A stretch of 64,000 nucleotides of DNA, taken from IMG/VR virus record IMGVR_UViG_3300028586_000750. One strand, 5' to 3'. Under the pieces are notes generated by a model. It was given only the letters and a program-made list of their open reading frames with translations. It did no database searches and was not told the DNA's origin. This document shows positions 47,771-57,912 of this stretch, in pieces. The DNA is from a virus. Position numbers and translations under genes: made by a program. The stretch's first letter is position 1; each line of letters begins with the position of its first letter.

Positions 47771-48820
47771 TTATGTCCATGTAGATTTGAATTTACGTTC
47801 AAATTTAGGTTTCATATCGTGCTCTAAACGTTCGCGTTCGATACCTTTTTTAACCGCTAAAGCATCCATAAGGTTGTCATATACTCGTTGCTTTTTAGCG
47901 TTATATTCCGGACTGTGATTAGGCATGATACCTTCACGTACGGCACGTAATTCTGCCTGAATTTCAGATGCTACTCTTTCAGCAGAAGAGACTGTCCTAA
48001 TAGGCATATCAATAACATCTTTCAATACTGAACCGTCAGGTGCAGTAAGCGCTTTAGCTCTTTTAGCTTCCTCGCGTTGAGCTTTTTCTAATGCTCTGTT
48101 TTCACGTTCTTGTTGACGTTGACGGAGCACTGGATCTTGAATACGCGATTCTCTACTTAAACCTTCAACAGGCGCAGAAGGGTAACACGCGGTGCAAGCA
48201 ACTTTCCCAGCATCAGCAACCAATGTTGCTTCATCTTTACCAGAATAATCTGTTAACCAAATGTATTGCGTTGATGGTGTACATGTTCTACAGTTCATGT
48301 TTTTGTGGACATGACCGTTAGAGTTTTTAACTAAAAAACCACGTGTCCATGGTCTACGTTTGTATTCAAGCTCATAAGGAACAACTTCTTCTAGAATTTG
48401 ATTAGCTTCTTTATGATATTCGCTTATCTTTTCTTCTAAACGTTCAATACTACGAGAGGTACTTTCATAATATCTTGAAGTTTCGCTCATTTCTTCAAGG
48501 ATACGTTCCGTTCTTTCCAAATTGACTACTGCAACGTTAAGAGGTACAGCAACTTCATAGTATTTGTCGTATAGTTCAGAAATTTGTGTGTCTATTTCTT
48601 TGGGTTCTTTAGAAGACAAAGGATTTTTAAGTTTTTCCATATCTTTAAGCTGTTCTGTTACTGTTTTGGTACTGAAGTCAGCAGGTAAACCTTTATTACC
48701 ATGACGTAAACAGTTTGGGCCGGAATAGCAACGGCTACCATCGGGCAAAGTAATATATTGAGCCATTATATTCTCCTTAAATAAGTTATATACCATACCT
48801 ATCAGATAAACAGCGCTCAT
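47771..48820 (-). CDS. Hypothetical protein with N-terminal CYSGPNCLRHG motif and internal H..C..C / C..C Zn site
   Basis: Probable start MAQYIT (AAGGAG RBS); GHVHKNMNCRTC...CTACYP. Confidence 0.75.
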   Translation of the reverse strand: MSAVYLIGMVYNLFKENIMAQYITLPDGSRCYSGPNCLRHGNKGLPADFSTKTVTEQLKDMEKLKNPLSSKEPKEIDTQISELYDKYYEVAVPLNVAVVNLERTERILEEMSETSRYYESTSRSIERLEEKISEYHKEANQILEEVVPYELEYKRRPWTRGFLVKNSNGHVHKNMNCRTCTPSTQYIWLTDYSGKDEATLVADAGKVACTACYPSAPVEGLSRESRIQDPVLRQRQQERENRALEKAQREEAKRAKALTAPDGSVLKDVIDMPIRTVSSAERVASEIQAELRAVREGIMPNHSPEYNAKKQRVYDNLMDALAVKKGIERERLEHDMKPKFERKFKSTWT

Positions 48821-48867
48821 ATAGTAGAAAAGTGTGGTTAAACTCTTGTGAATGTTAAAATAAGTAT

Positions 48868-49407
48868 ATGGAAAATATTACTCTTGCAGATTTAGCTGCT
48901 TTTAATAGCCGTAAACCTACAGTGCATGCTCATGGAGCTTGGGCTGACAAATTTAGGCACAGCGCTGGTGGATATGAAATCAAAGACATTGTTGATATCC
49001 GTGAAGATATTCTCACTGCACAAATTAATGCAAAACCTATTGTGGTTAAAGCATCAACAGATTATGTAACAAGTGTTCTTGTTGAAACAGAAGATGGTAA
49101 AGATACATTTAATGTGGAAGACGAAAATGGTGAGCATCTTTACTTACGTATTTCTAAAGAACTTGGTACTCTAATTTTCTTACCCACAAATGTTAAAGTT
49201 CTTCATGATGAAGATGAAGAAGGCAACTTAATCGTTTCACAAAATTATTGGGAAGCGGAAGGACCAGGCTTATTCTTAACTGGGGTCACTATTGACGAAT
49301 ACAATGAACGTGGTGACGAATATTCTAGTCTTCGCTTAAAGTCGCGTTTGCGTTTTGTAGCACGTAACGGTGTGCTTTCTGTTGAAATTTTACCCACCCA
49401 ATCATAA
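48868..49407 (+). CDS. Hypothetical protein
   Basis: 179-aa ORF. Confidence 0.6.
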   Translation: MENITLADLAAFNSRKPTVHAHGAWADKFRHSAGGYEIKDIVDIREDILTAQINAKPIVVKASTDYVTSVLVETEDGKDTFNVEDENGEHLYLRISKELGTLIFLPTNVKVLHDEDEEGNLIVSQNYWEAEGPGLFLTGVTIDEYNERGDEYSSLRLKSRLRFVARNGVLSVEILPTQS

Positions 49408-49442
49408 TTGACTTTAGAGAAATAAAGTGTTCTAATTAGAAC

Positions 49443-49775
49443 ATGACAACAATTCTGAATGCTAGCGAAGACCTAGCATCTTTCATTCGTGACCGAACTG
49501 CAATTATTGACCCAACTTATGCAGCCTTCATGGCTTCTGGTCGTCCTGTCAATGAATGGCTCGCCTACCAGGACCGTGTTGAACGACCAACAGATGACCT
49601 TGGCATAGAAGGACTAACATGGTCTGTTGAGCAGTTTACTTCTAGCATGTTCATTATTAAGCGCAAACGTGCTCCTTACGATGAAGACCGCTACGAGTTC
49701 ACCCCATCAGGACAGAACAAGACATACAAGACTTTTGCTGCTGCACAAAAAGCTGCAATTAAGAAGAACAAGTAG
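49443..49775 (+). CDS. Hypothetical protein
   Basis: 110-aa ORF. Confidence 0.6.
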   Translation: MTTILNASEDLASFIRDRTAIIDPTYAAFMASGRPVNEWLAYQDRVERPTDDLGIEGLTWSVEQFTSSMFIIKRKRAPYDEDRYEFTPSGQNKTYKTFAAAQKAAIKKNK

Positions 49776-49898
49776 CTGTTATTAGAAATGCCCACCAGGA
49801 TTAACTGGTGGGCATTTCTAATTGGTTGACAAAATAGGGTAAACATGGTTAACTTGAAGTATACGAAGTAATTCCGTTATCAAAATTGAGAGAAAAAC

Positions 49899-50606
49899 AT
49901 GTCACTTACCTCATCCGAAGCTAGCCTTCTTATTGGCCTTACCTCAGGTAGTATTTTTGCAGAAGACATTAAGGCTATTACTGACCGTCAGTTCTTTGAA
50001 GCCATTACTCCTCTTATCCTTTCCAATAACGAATTTCATACTTTTGAAATTGTTGAAAGTATCGCAAGCCACTACCTTGCTAACCGTTATAACCTCGAAA
50101 CCATTCTTAGCTTTTATGTGAAGAATGTTCGTAGTGCTTACTCAATCAGGAATACTGCTGGTGGGCTTTCTAAGCTTGAAGCTCGTCAGGCGCTTTACAA
50201 GCTTGCACCTAAAATTAGTGCCGAAAGCTACATTGGCATGGAAGATGTAATCCCTTATTCTGATGCAGTTGAGCTTGCGAAGACAAATATTGGTCTTGCT
50301 CTCGCTTTCCTTCAGTCTCGTGGTTACCAGGAAGATGTGGTGAACTATCTTTGGTCTGCGTTCGAAGCTAATCCTTTCAATTTTTCGGATACGGCAAAAG
50401 ACACACTAGCTCGTTTTGTTCCTGACGAGGACCGAATGATTCGCTGTTTCCTTATTTCTCCTAGTGTTGTTGATAATGCTAACTTCACTGCTCGTGTTGC
50501 TAAGCAGTATCTTGCACGTGCAGCATCAGATGAGGCTATGTTCCAGGCTCGTCTTTACCACTTTAGGGAGAAGGGTATTTTCCCTGAACTTACCGAAAGT
50601 TTTTGA
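49899..50606 (+). CDS. Helical hypothetical protein
   Basis: ORF behind a TTGACA promoter at 49826. Confidence 0.65.
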   Translation: MSLTSSEASLLIGLTSGSIFAEDIKAITDRQFFEAITPLILSNNEFHTFEIVESIASHYLANRYNLETILSFYVKNVRSAYSIRNTAGGLSKLEARQALYKLAPKISAESYIGMEDVIPYSDAVELAKTNIGLALAFLQSRGYQEDVVNYLWSAFEANPFNFSDTAKDTLARFVPDEDRMIRCFLISPSVVDNANFTARVAKQYLARAASDEAMFQARLYHFREKGIFPELTESF

Positions 50607-50651
50607 TTTAAAAACGCAACAAAATAATGCGCCACCCAACAATATTATTGG

Positions 50652-51050
50652 GTGGCGCATTATTTTATTAAAAAGATACTCACAAAGTTTTTAATGGCCG
50701 ATAATGGAGGCATGTCAAACTTACTTTTAATTGATTACCGTCGTTCATTCCTTGATGGACGTGACCATATCCAAGCTCATGATAGTAAAACAGCTATTGA
50801 ACTTCTTACTAAACATGAAGGTAAGATTAATAGCATCTGGATGGATTATGATATGGGTCCAGGTGATGACATTAAAATTGTTCTTAATTTCCTTACTTTA
50901 CGCGCTAAGTTAGGTATGGCTTATCCTGTTAAAGTTATCAACGTTCATGCGCCAAGTGAGATTGGTTGGCAAGTTATTAGTAGCAAACTTAAACCAGCTA
51001 AATATATTGTCCGTAGAGAAACAATTCGTGATACTTTAGGTGCATATTAA
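50652..51050 (+). CDS. Cyclic-phosphate-processing receiver-like domain protein
   Basis: LLIDYRR, SIWMDYDMG, INVHA..G resemble the LDD.R / SLDHDLG / VHS.N..G pattern. Confidence 0.6.
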   Translation: MAHYFIKKILTKFLMADNGGMSNLLLIDYRRSFLDGRDHIQAHDSKTAIELLTKHEGKINSIWMDYDMGPGDDIKIVLNFLTLRAKLGMAYPVKVINVHAPSEIGWQVISSKLKPAKYIVRRETIRDTLGAY

Positions 51051-51161
51051 AAATGTGGTGACACTCAATTGAGTGTCACCACATTTTTGTTTGGACTTTA
51101 AAATCAACATAATATATGCTAGACTGTTTGTATATTATTGTTCGCTCAAACATAGGAAAAC

Positions 51162-51695
51162 ATGCTTCCCTCAGCTATTTTAGCTTCTGCTGCTGCATCC
51201 ACTAATGGTGGTTTCCAGCCTTTCACCCCCGTAGACACATCTGTTCCCTTCTTCACATGGAATATTGTAACTATTATCATTACAGTAATTCTAGTGCTTA
51301 TCGCTATATTTGGTATTTTTATCATTTTTGTAGACGGTGATGAATTTGGTGGCCTTATTCTCATGTGTGTTGCAATTGCATTTTTTCTAACTCATTTTAT
51401 TGCTAGTGGTATCGCTAGCACTAAAGTGGATGACCCTAACCCTGGTAATGAGAAAAAAGACATAGCAAAATATGAGACATGGCTTGAAGACCGTCACGGT
51501 TTTACTGATTTGCCTGACAATCTAGTTAAAGAACTTTATGATGGTGATGAAGTCACAATTGTGAATGTTGGTAAAGTAACAATGGTTGAACAAGAAAAGA
51601 ACACATTCTACCTTGTTTATGTTGACACTTCAAAAGAACTACCTGTAACTGGTAACACAACGAATAAACCAGAAGACCCAGAAGTTAACTGGTAA
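51162..51695 (+). CDS. Two-TM membrane protein
   Basis: Architecture similar to 42893..43531 and 59605..60162 (TM pair then W...(Y/H) motif). Confidence 0.7.
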   Translation: MLPSAILASAAASTNGGFQPFTPVDTSVPFFTWNIVTIIITVILVLIAIFGIFIIFVDGDEFGGLILMCVAIAFFLTHFIASGIASTKVDDPNPGNEKKDIAKYETWLEDRHGFTDLPDNLVKELYDGDEVTIVNVGKVTMVEQEKNTFYLVYVDTSKELPVTGNTTNKPEDPEVNW

Positions 51696-51762
51696 ACTTA
51701 ACCACCGAAATGGGATTAACCTTAAAATGAGGTTAATCCCATTTTCATGTTAAATTTGAAAT

Positions 51763-52026
51763 ATGGAAGCAGTTTTAACATGGATAACACCAGTCTGTAT
51801 AGTTATCTCAATATTGATACTTACAGGCGGCTTATTCAATACAATTATTGGCCGCAGAACCTTTTCATACTTCCTTAGCATACTTTTTATGGCAGCTATG
51901 ATAGCGCTATTGCCTTTTGGGCTTCAAATGATGACTGATCTAAGTTCAGGTTTAACAGACGGTCCTAGCAGCACCCCTACCCCAACCCCTGAGTTACCTA
52001 CAACTCCTGGCGGATACAACTGGTAA
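51763..52026 (+). CDS. Small two-TM membrane protein
   Basis: Hydrophobic pair and Pro/Thr tail. Confidence 0.65.
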   Translation: MEAVLTWITPVCIVISILILTGGLFNTIIGRRTFSYFLSILFMAAMIALLPFGLQMMTDLSSGLTDGPSSTPTPTPELPTTPGGYNW

Positions 52027-52035
52027 AACAACAAA

Positions 52036-52356
52036 ATGAACCTATTAGAGCATCGTCAAAACACTGGGTATTTTATCATGCCCTATACTTCACCTAATGA
52101 TAGCAAAGGCTACCTAAATACAGCCCATATGAGCGCTCTGTGCGCCTCTCAGCCATGCGCAGTGCATGGACACCCATCCGCGCATTCTTTGAAAGATGCG
52201 CCCTTAGAATGGAATGTAGAGCTTTGTATCTTAGAACGTATTTGCGAACACGGGAACCATCATCCCGATTTTGATAGTGCTCAATATTTACATGCTATAG
52301 GTAAAGAAAACAGCAACCGCCACATTTGTGATGGTTGCTGTAACGTTCAACAATAG
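52036..52356 (+). CDS. Cys/His-rich hypothetical protein
   Basis: PCAVH, ERICEHG..HPD, H.CDGCC. Confidence 0.65.
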   Translation: MNLLEHRQNTGYFIMPYTSPNDSKGYLNTAHMSALCASQPCAVHGHPSAHSLKDAPLEWNVELCILERICEHGNHHPDFDSAQYLHAIGKENSNRHICDGCCNVQQ

Positions 52357-52357
52357 T

Positions 52358-52786
52358 TTAAATAGAATAAACCTGATATGCCATTCGGGTTAGCTCATCA
52401 TTTGTGAAATCTTCAAACTTCGTATCGCTAGAATACTCGTAGGTTTCACTGGACGACTCGCCCCATTCATCTTCTGCACAGACAGTATGAACTGAAATAC
52501 GGTTGTCACGGTAAACGTGTACAAATGTTTCGTCGGTTGTGTGAATGTCATCACCCTCGTCATCAGGAACCTCATATCCCTGGTGGTCCACATAAAAGCT
52601 AATTTCAATCTCATCAGCATTACGGGAAATGCTAGGATTAATACTAGGGGACATAGAAAGTAGGGGTTTCATGTGTCCAAGATAATCAGCAATAAGTGTC
52701 ATAAAAACAATCATAAACCTCTCGCACGATAAAAGCAAGATTAGAATGGAAATACCCTCAACTTTACTAGTTGAGGGTATTTCCAT
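52358..52786 (-). CDS. Hypothetical protein
   Basis: Operonic with 52786..53295. Confidence 0.55.
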   Translation of the reverse strand: MEIPSTSKVEGISILILLLSCERFMIVFMTLIADYLGHMKPLLSMSPSINPSISRNADEIEISFYVDHQGYEVPDDEGDDIHTTDETFVHVYRDNRISVHTVCAEDEWGESSSETYEYSSDTKFEDFTNDELTRMAYQVYSI

Positions 52787-53295
52787 TAAATAATTTTTAG
52801 ACGGTTAATAAAATCATCAACAGGATACTGAACACCCCAGTTATAATCCTGATAAACCGTAAAGTTTGGTACACGTTCTTTAGGGGTAGTCTTATTTACT
52901 TCTTTTTGCCATGCATCCAAACTATCAAAAACAGTTACTTTTGAATGTGACTTAACCGCTTCAATATGGAAACCCTGTTCATCAGAAGCTTTAAGCGCAT
53001 CACTAAGGTGCTTAAACAAACCTACTGTGCGTGCACCCATTCCAAAACCGGCATCATCAATTTGCGTTACCTCAAAATATTCAATTCCTGTCTCATCAAA
53101 CTGCAATTCAACAAGTTTGTATTCTTTTAAGGATGCGGAACTTTTCTGCTTTTCTTGAAGATAAGAATAGTCACCAGCAAGATGAATGACATGGTTGAAC
53201 GTTTTTATGTCATGCCAACTAATGGCAGTCTTGCCGTCAACATCTGTAGTAAGAAGTTGAGGAAGAATTAATCCATAAAAAGTGTTGGCAGACAT
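52786..53295 (-). CDS. Hypothetical protein
   Basis: 169-aa ORF. Confidence 0.6.
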   Translation of the reverse strand: MSANTFYGLILPQLLTTDVDGKTAISWHDIKTFNHVIHLAGDYSYLQEKQKSSASLKEYKLVELQFDETGIEYFEVTQIDDAGFGMGARTVGLFKHLSDALKASDEQGFHIEAVKSHSKVTVFDSLDAWQKEVNKTTPKERVPNFTVYQDYNWGVQYPVDDFINRLKII

Positions 53296-53330
53296 TTGGG
53301 TTCTTTCGTATTAATGATGTTATCGGGTAT

Positions 53331-53675
53331 TTACCACTTAGGGAAATCAGCGTACTGGTCAGTCATTACCTGAAGGATGGTCATTGCGTTTTCGTAGTTC
53401 CCAGCGATATCAAAGATACGCTGTGCCTTATTTTCCCACTGCTGGTGCTCTTCTGCACGGAAACGCTCTGGACGCTGGTTGTAAGCGTACTCGCCTTGCC
53501 AGTAGCAACCTCCACCACCAGGACGCTTAGCAAAGCAAAGCTGCTCATGCATAGCTTCTGCAAGCCTCTGAACGGGGGTTAGAGCCTGCTTTGCGTCAAG
53601 TACCGCCTGAGCCTCGTCAAGCCGAGTCTGAAGCTCAGCAACGGTCTTGGCCGCGTTATCTACTACATCATACAT
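53331..53675 (-). CDS. Hypothetical phage-type protein
   Basis: LAEAMHEQLC...C.W..E motif. Confidence 0.65.
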   Translation of the reverse strand: MYDVVDNAAKTVAELQTRLDEAQAVLDAKQALTPVQRLAEAMHEQLCFAKRPGGGGCYWQGEYAYNQRPERFRAEEHQQWENKAQRIFDIAGNYENAMTILQVMTDQYADFPKW

Positions 53676-53846
53676 TTTGTTGCTTCTCTCTTGTTGTTGT
53701 TATTTAGCGCCGAGCGTTCAAGTAACCTCGGTCTTCCTTATAAAATAAACACTACACCTATTTCTTTGAGAATGCAACACCATGAACCGATATTTATTGT
53801 GAACTCCAAATAAGATTTATGACCTATAAATTGACTATACAGAAAC

Positions 53847-54182
53847 GTGACAATGGCAAAAGACATTCAATATAAATTTTTCTTAACAGAAGATACTGAA
53901 CATAAATCTTTTGGTTGGGTTGTAGCTCAATCGCAAGTGGATGACCATGAAATTTATGCGTATTTACCTTTAGAAAACTCTTGGCACCGCGTGTTCTTCT
54001 TAGAGAACGAATTTTATAGCAGCTATGACAAATTGCTTGAACCTGAACTTAAATTTAGACCCCTTGCCCCTAAAGATGTTAAGGATGCAGTTTTGTCAAT
54101 TCCTGAGGACCATCACCGAAACATGAGTTATTGGGCAGCGCAAGATATTGGTTATGAAGAAACAATTGATTTAGTTCTTTAA
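53847..54182 (+). CDS. Hypothetical protein
   Basis: 111-aa ORF. Confidence 0.6.
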   Translation: MTMAKDIQYKFFLTEDTEHKSFGWVVAQSQVDDHEIYAYLPLENSWHRVFFLENEFYSSYDKLLEPELKFRPLAPKDVKDAVLSIPEDHHRNMSYWAAQDIGYEETIDLVL

Positions 54183-54400
54183 ATGTCAGTGGCCAGTCTT
54201 ATCCTTATGGTATGAAAACAATTATGGAAATCAATATTCGCCGTGGAGTTCTTCTTTCATTAATTAAACACACTGAAGATAATGAAGATTGGATTGCTTT
54301 TACCAGCGAACTACGTGCACTTGATTGGGTTCTTGGTACGGCCCAAAAGTAAAAGTTTTAAACAAAATGTCCCCCACTAAAATAGTGGGGGACATTTTTA

Positions 54401-55306
54401 TTACACAAGCTTATGTTTAGGATTACCACTTCGTGTGATGTGCCTTGGTGGAACAATAATGGTAGTGTCAGATTCAACTGGTTCCTCTTTTAAATCACGA
54501 CCAGTTTTTCTAGCCCATACTGCGTAAAGTGCACAAAACAAAGTGGGTGTTAACCAAACTGCAACAAGCAGAACCCAGTTATGGAAACTTAGATGAGGTT
54601 GAAGTAACACATTGTAATAACCATCATCATTTGCGTAAGATGAAACAACAGAAACTAGTTCACCAGGTGACGAAATACTACTAGTTCCTTTTTCAGCGGT
54701 TCCTTGAATATCAAAAATACCTGTTCCTACAAACAAAGTAGTAGCATTATCATCTTTTACTGATTGACTAATCAAAGATGCGTTGAAATAAGGTTTTGTA
54801 ATTAAAGCTGCTACAGAAATTAGTAAGTACCAACCCATTACGCGAATAGGAAAACGGTAATATCGTGCACTAAAGTAGCTGGTAATTAAATGTAGAACTA
54901 AACCACCTACAATGAGTAATGGAAGTACGCGTAGTAAGAAACCAAGATTTTTCACATGTAGTAACTCTTGGCCAACTATTTGGTCTTGAGTGCTTACAAC
55001 CCAAGGATCAACAGAGCCATTAAGGTCACCTTTAGTTTTTAAACCTTCATCCGTGACTTCATGAACACGGTGAAAGAATGTTGATTCTGTACCGGGAGGA
55101 TGAAAAGCGAGAGTATCCCCAACAGACAAATCTTTAATTTGCACAGGCTTACTAATAACAAATGTGCCTACTGGTGAATATGTACCCATTGATGGTGTTT
55201 CAACAATAAAAGTACGTAATCCGTTAGCGTAGCCTAGACCAATAGCAGTGAGAGCCGCTAAAAGAACTAAAGCTGTAATTTTGAAAGTCAAACTTAAATT
55301 TCTCAT
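54401..55306 (-). CDS. sipW: SipW-like (S26B, ER-type) signal peptidase with extra TM/extracellular domain
   Basis: TPSM (catalytic Ser), FHRV (His), TKGDLN..DPW; ATG overlaps upstream stop (TAATG). Confidence 0.82.
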   Translation of the reverse strand: MRNLSLTFKITALVLLAALTAIGLGYANGLRTFIVETPSMGTYSPVGTFVISKPVQIKDLSVGDTLAFHPPGTESTFFHRVHEVTDEGLKTKGDLNGSVDPWVVSTQDQIVGQELLHVKNLGFLLRVLPLLIVGGLVLHLITSYFSARYYRFPIRVMGWYLLISVAALITKPYFNASLISQSVKDDNATTLFVGTGIFDIQGTAEKGTSSISSPGELVSVVSSYANDDGYYNVLLQPHLSFHNWVLLVAVWLTPTLFCALYAVWARKTGRDLKEEPVESDTTIIVPPRHITRSGNPKHKLV

Positions 55307-56730
55307 TAGATTACCGTCACATTTCCACGCCAAGTAAACGTAGTATTTTGGAAACCTTTTTGTGTAATCACAATAGGTACAGATAATTTAAGACCTGTAT
55401 CAAAGTCACTATTGTAGTTATCGTTTCTTTGAATTTGGACAGTTATTCTTTGTGTTGAACCAGGCGCAGGGGACACCATAGGAACAGCAGCGGCAGCAGC
55501 AAGTTCGCTTACGTTTTTAGATAAAGCTCCACAAGGTGCTGCGCCATTGTATGGGAAGATACAGCTAGTAGTTGTCCCGACAGAAATGTTTACATGTGTG
55601 CAAGGGTTTGACGCACCAATCACAGGGTATGGACCAGCATAAGTAACTGTACCTGTGTCAGTGAAATACCAATAACTTTGTGGGCCAAAAGCTAACACAC
55701 GTGAAGAATAAGTGTTGAATGTAGTTGCGCTGTAAAGGTTAGTAACGTTAGCAGCAGTGTAAACGGAAGGTTGCACTGCAAAGTTAGATACTGAACCTTT
55801 GAAGGTAGTACCAGAACCAGAGAAACCATCTGCTGTTGTAATGTTACCCTGACCGACATGCCAGTAACCATTAGCTGTTGCACGAGCAACAGTAGGTGTG
55901 TCATGGGTCGCGCTTGCAACAACTGCACCATCAACGTAAAGAGTTGTTTGTGATGTTGATGTAGTAACGTTTGATTGCGCTGTCGCAACAACATGGTGCC
56001 AACCGTTATTTGCATAATTTACACCTGATGATGTGATTGTTCTTGCAGAACCTGAAAAGGTTGAGAAAGCTAATGAACCATTTGAAGTAAAGTATACAGA
56101 CCTGTCATAAAGACCACTAATTTTGTCACTAGCTGCGGGTGACCAGCTAAATAGCGCACCAGAGGCAGTGTCAGTTTTGAACCACATACTTAGTGAAAAG
56201 TTTTGTAGTGGTGCAGTAGGGTTAATATTGATTAGTGAACTAGCGTTGTTACCATTCAAACGAATTGAGTTGTTTGAATATGAAAGCTTATCTGGTCCTG
56301 GTTGATTAAATGATGTTGACCCACGAGAAAGCATAGGGTTAGCAGCGTTTCTATTGTCTGCAACACTAACTGGGCCACATGACCTTGCTTTATATGTTGA
56401 GCTAATCGCGCCCATTGTTCCGGGGTTGCTAAGGTCAACATTACTTGTACCTAGTGCAGCAGTAGGTACTGATGGGAACTGGTCACTTGAACAAACAAAG
56501 GAATCTGTATCATCAATTTTGTTTGATGATGGTTCTGATGTGCATTGTGTGGTTCCTTCGCGTGCTGCTTTAAGGAAAAGAGTTCCTGAACCAAAACTGT
56601 TTGTGGGGTTGTTAATTGAACCGGTGAAGCCGCTTTGTGCGCCGCTGTTCGCTACAACTAAAGAAACCGTCAAGAAAGCAACAACAAACAATGAAGTAAT
56701 TGTAAGTGTTGCTTTCTTGACGGTTAACAT
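55306..56730 (-). CDS. SipW-substrate protein with LamG/concanavalin-like domain
   Basis: AQSGFTGSINNPTNSFGSGTL SipW-type leader; FSLSMWFKT, WHHVVAT, LYVDG. Confidence 0.8.
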   Translation of the reverse strand: MLTVKKATLTITSLFVVAFLTVSLVVANSGAQSGFTGSINNPTNSFGSGTLFLKAAREGTTQCTSEPSSNKIDDTDSFVCSSDQFPSVPTAALGTSNVDLSNPGTMGAISSTYKARSCGPVSVADNRNAANPMLSRGSTSFNQPGPDKLSYSNNSIRLNGNNASSLININPTAPLQNFSLSMWFKTDTASGALFSWSPAASDKISGLYDRSVYFTSNGSLAFSTFSGSARTITSSGVNYANNGWHHVVATAQSNVTTSTSQTTLYVDGAVVASATHDTPTVARATANGYWHVGQGNITTADGFSGSGTTFKGSVSNFAVQPSVYTAANVTNLYSATTFNTYSSRVLAFGPQSYWYFTDTGTVTYAGPYPVIGASNPCTHVNISVGTTTSCIFPYNGAAPCGALSKNVSELAAAAAVPMVSPAPGSTQRITVQIQRNDNYNSDFDTGLKLSVPIVITQKGFQNTTFTWRGNVTVI

Positions 56731-56767
56731 TCTGAACCCTTTCAGAGTTTTGGTTTAAGTATTTCTA

Positions 56768-57451
56768 TTAGGAAGAGAAAGACCAGGTTAGGCTTTGTGA
56801 AGCAGCTAGACCTTGATGAGCATTAGTGGTACTTGCCTGGTCAATTTGTAGGAAGAAGTCGTATACGCGACTTGCGCCTGGTGCTAGTGGAGCCTCTAAG
56901 GTTAGAGGGGTTGAGCTAATGTTAGCTAGTGTTAGACCGTTCTCAGGCCCTACAGCACAAGCAGAAGCTGATGCTGGTACGACACACTTTGGAGAAGCAG
57001 TTGTGCTGTCCTGAAGGGCAACATTGATTTTGCTACAGAAATCTGTTGCAGTACCGTTCTTTGGCCCATTGTTGCTTTGTGTGCAAACACCAGGAGTTAG
57101 TGTGAATGAGTTAGCTGTTGTGGTACCAGCGTTCTTGATGGTTACTGTAGTTTTAACAATTTCACCGGGAGTATGGTTCATACCGCCACCGAATTTGTTA
57201 ATTTGTGGACAAGTACCAGCATTAGAAGCGGTAATTCCTGCATCAGATGATAGACAGGTAACAGCAGCTTGAGATTCGGACATAAGAAGCGTACCGGAAC
57301 CAAAAGTGTTGTTGGGGTTATTAATACTAGCGGTGAAGCCAGATTGTGCGGGGACAAAAGCGAATGCCGCAATAACAGTAGCTAAAACTCCTAGAAGAAT
57401 TGCTAGTGGTAGTGAGTAGCGTCTTGCTTTTGGCATTACATGTGTAGACAT
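56768..57451 (-). CDS. TasA/camelysin-like SipW-substrate fibre subunit
   Basis: AQSGFTASINNPNNTFGSGTL leader; PG..V..TVTIKNAGT; HQGL.ASQSLTWSF C-terminus. Confidence 0.8.
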   Translation of the reverse strand: MSTHVMPKARRYSLPLAILLGVLATVIAAFAFVPAQSGFTASINNPNNTFGSGTLLMSESQAAVTCLSSDAGITASNAGTCPQINKFGGGMNHTPGEIVKTTVTIKNAGTTTANSFTLTPGVCTQSNNGPKNGTATDFCSKINVALQDSTTASPKCVVPASASACAVGPENGLTLANISSTPLTLEAPLAPGASRVYDFFLQIDQASTTNAHQGLAASQSLTWSFSS

Positions 57452-57912
57452 ATTTATACCTTTCTGATTACCCTTCCGTGGGTAATGGGTTCATGATTAA
57501 TTTATTATTAGTCGGGTTTGTTTCTGTGATCTGTGATGAATTTAACTTTCTCTATATCACAGGGGAAATAGAGAAAGACGCAAGCTCATCTTTGCGCCTT
57601 ATTTTCAGTGTAACATACATGTTAAATGTTACTAGTCCCCAGTTAGGGGGACATTGTATGCACGCGCATGTTTTACCAAATTCAATATAGCATACTTCCC
57701 ATTGTGAAATCAAATTTTATTTAAAATAACCTCACTTCATACTTCGAAATCACCCGCTAATACCCTAAACATCAATTTATAGCAACGCAAAATTCTGTTT
57801 TAAAAGCAAAAGATAACAAAAGATAACAGATATACAAGAATACTTTACGGTCAAACTATGTATTTAGAAATAACGGATATACCTATTAAGTGAACATCAC
57901 GAAAAGGTCTAT

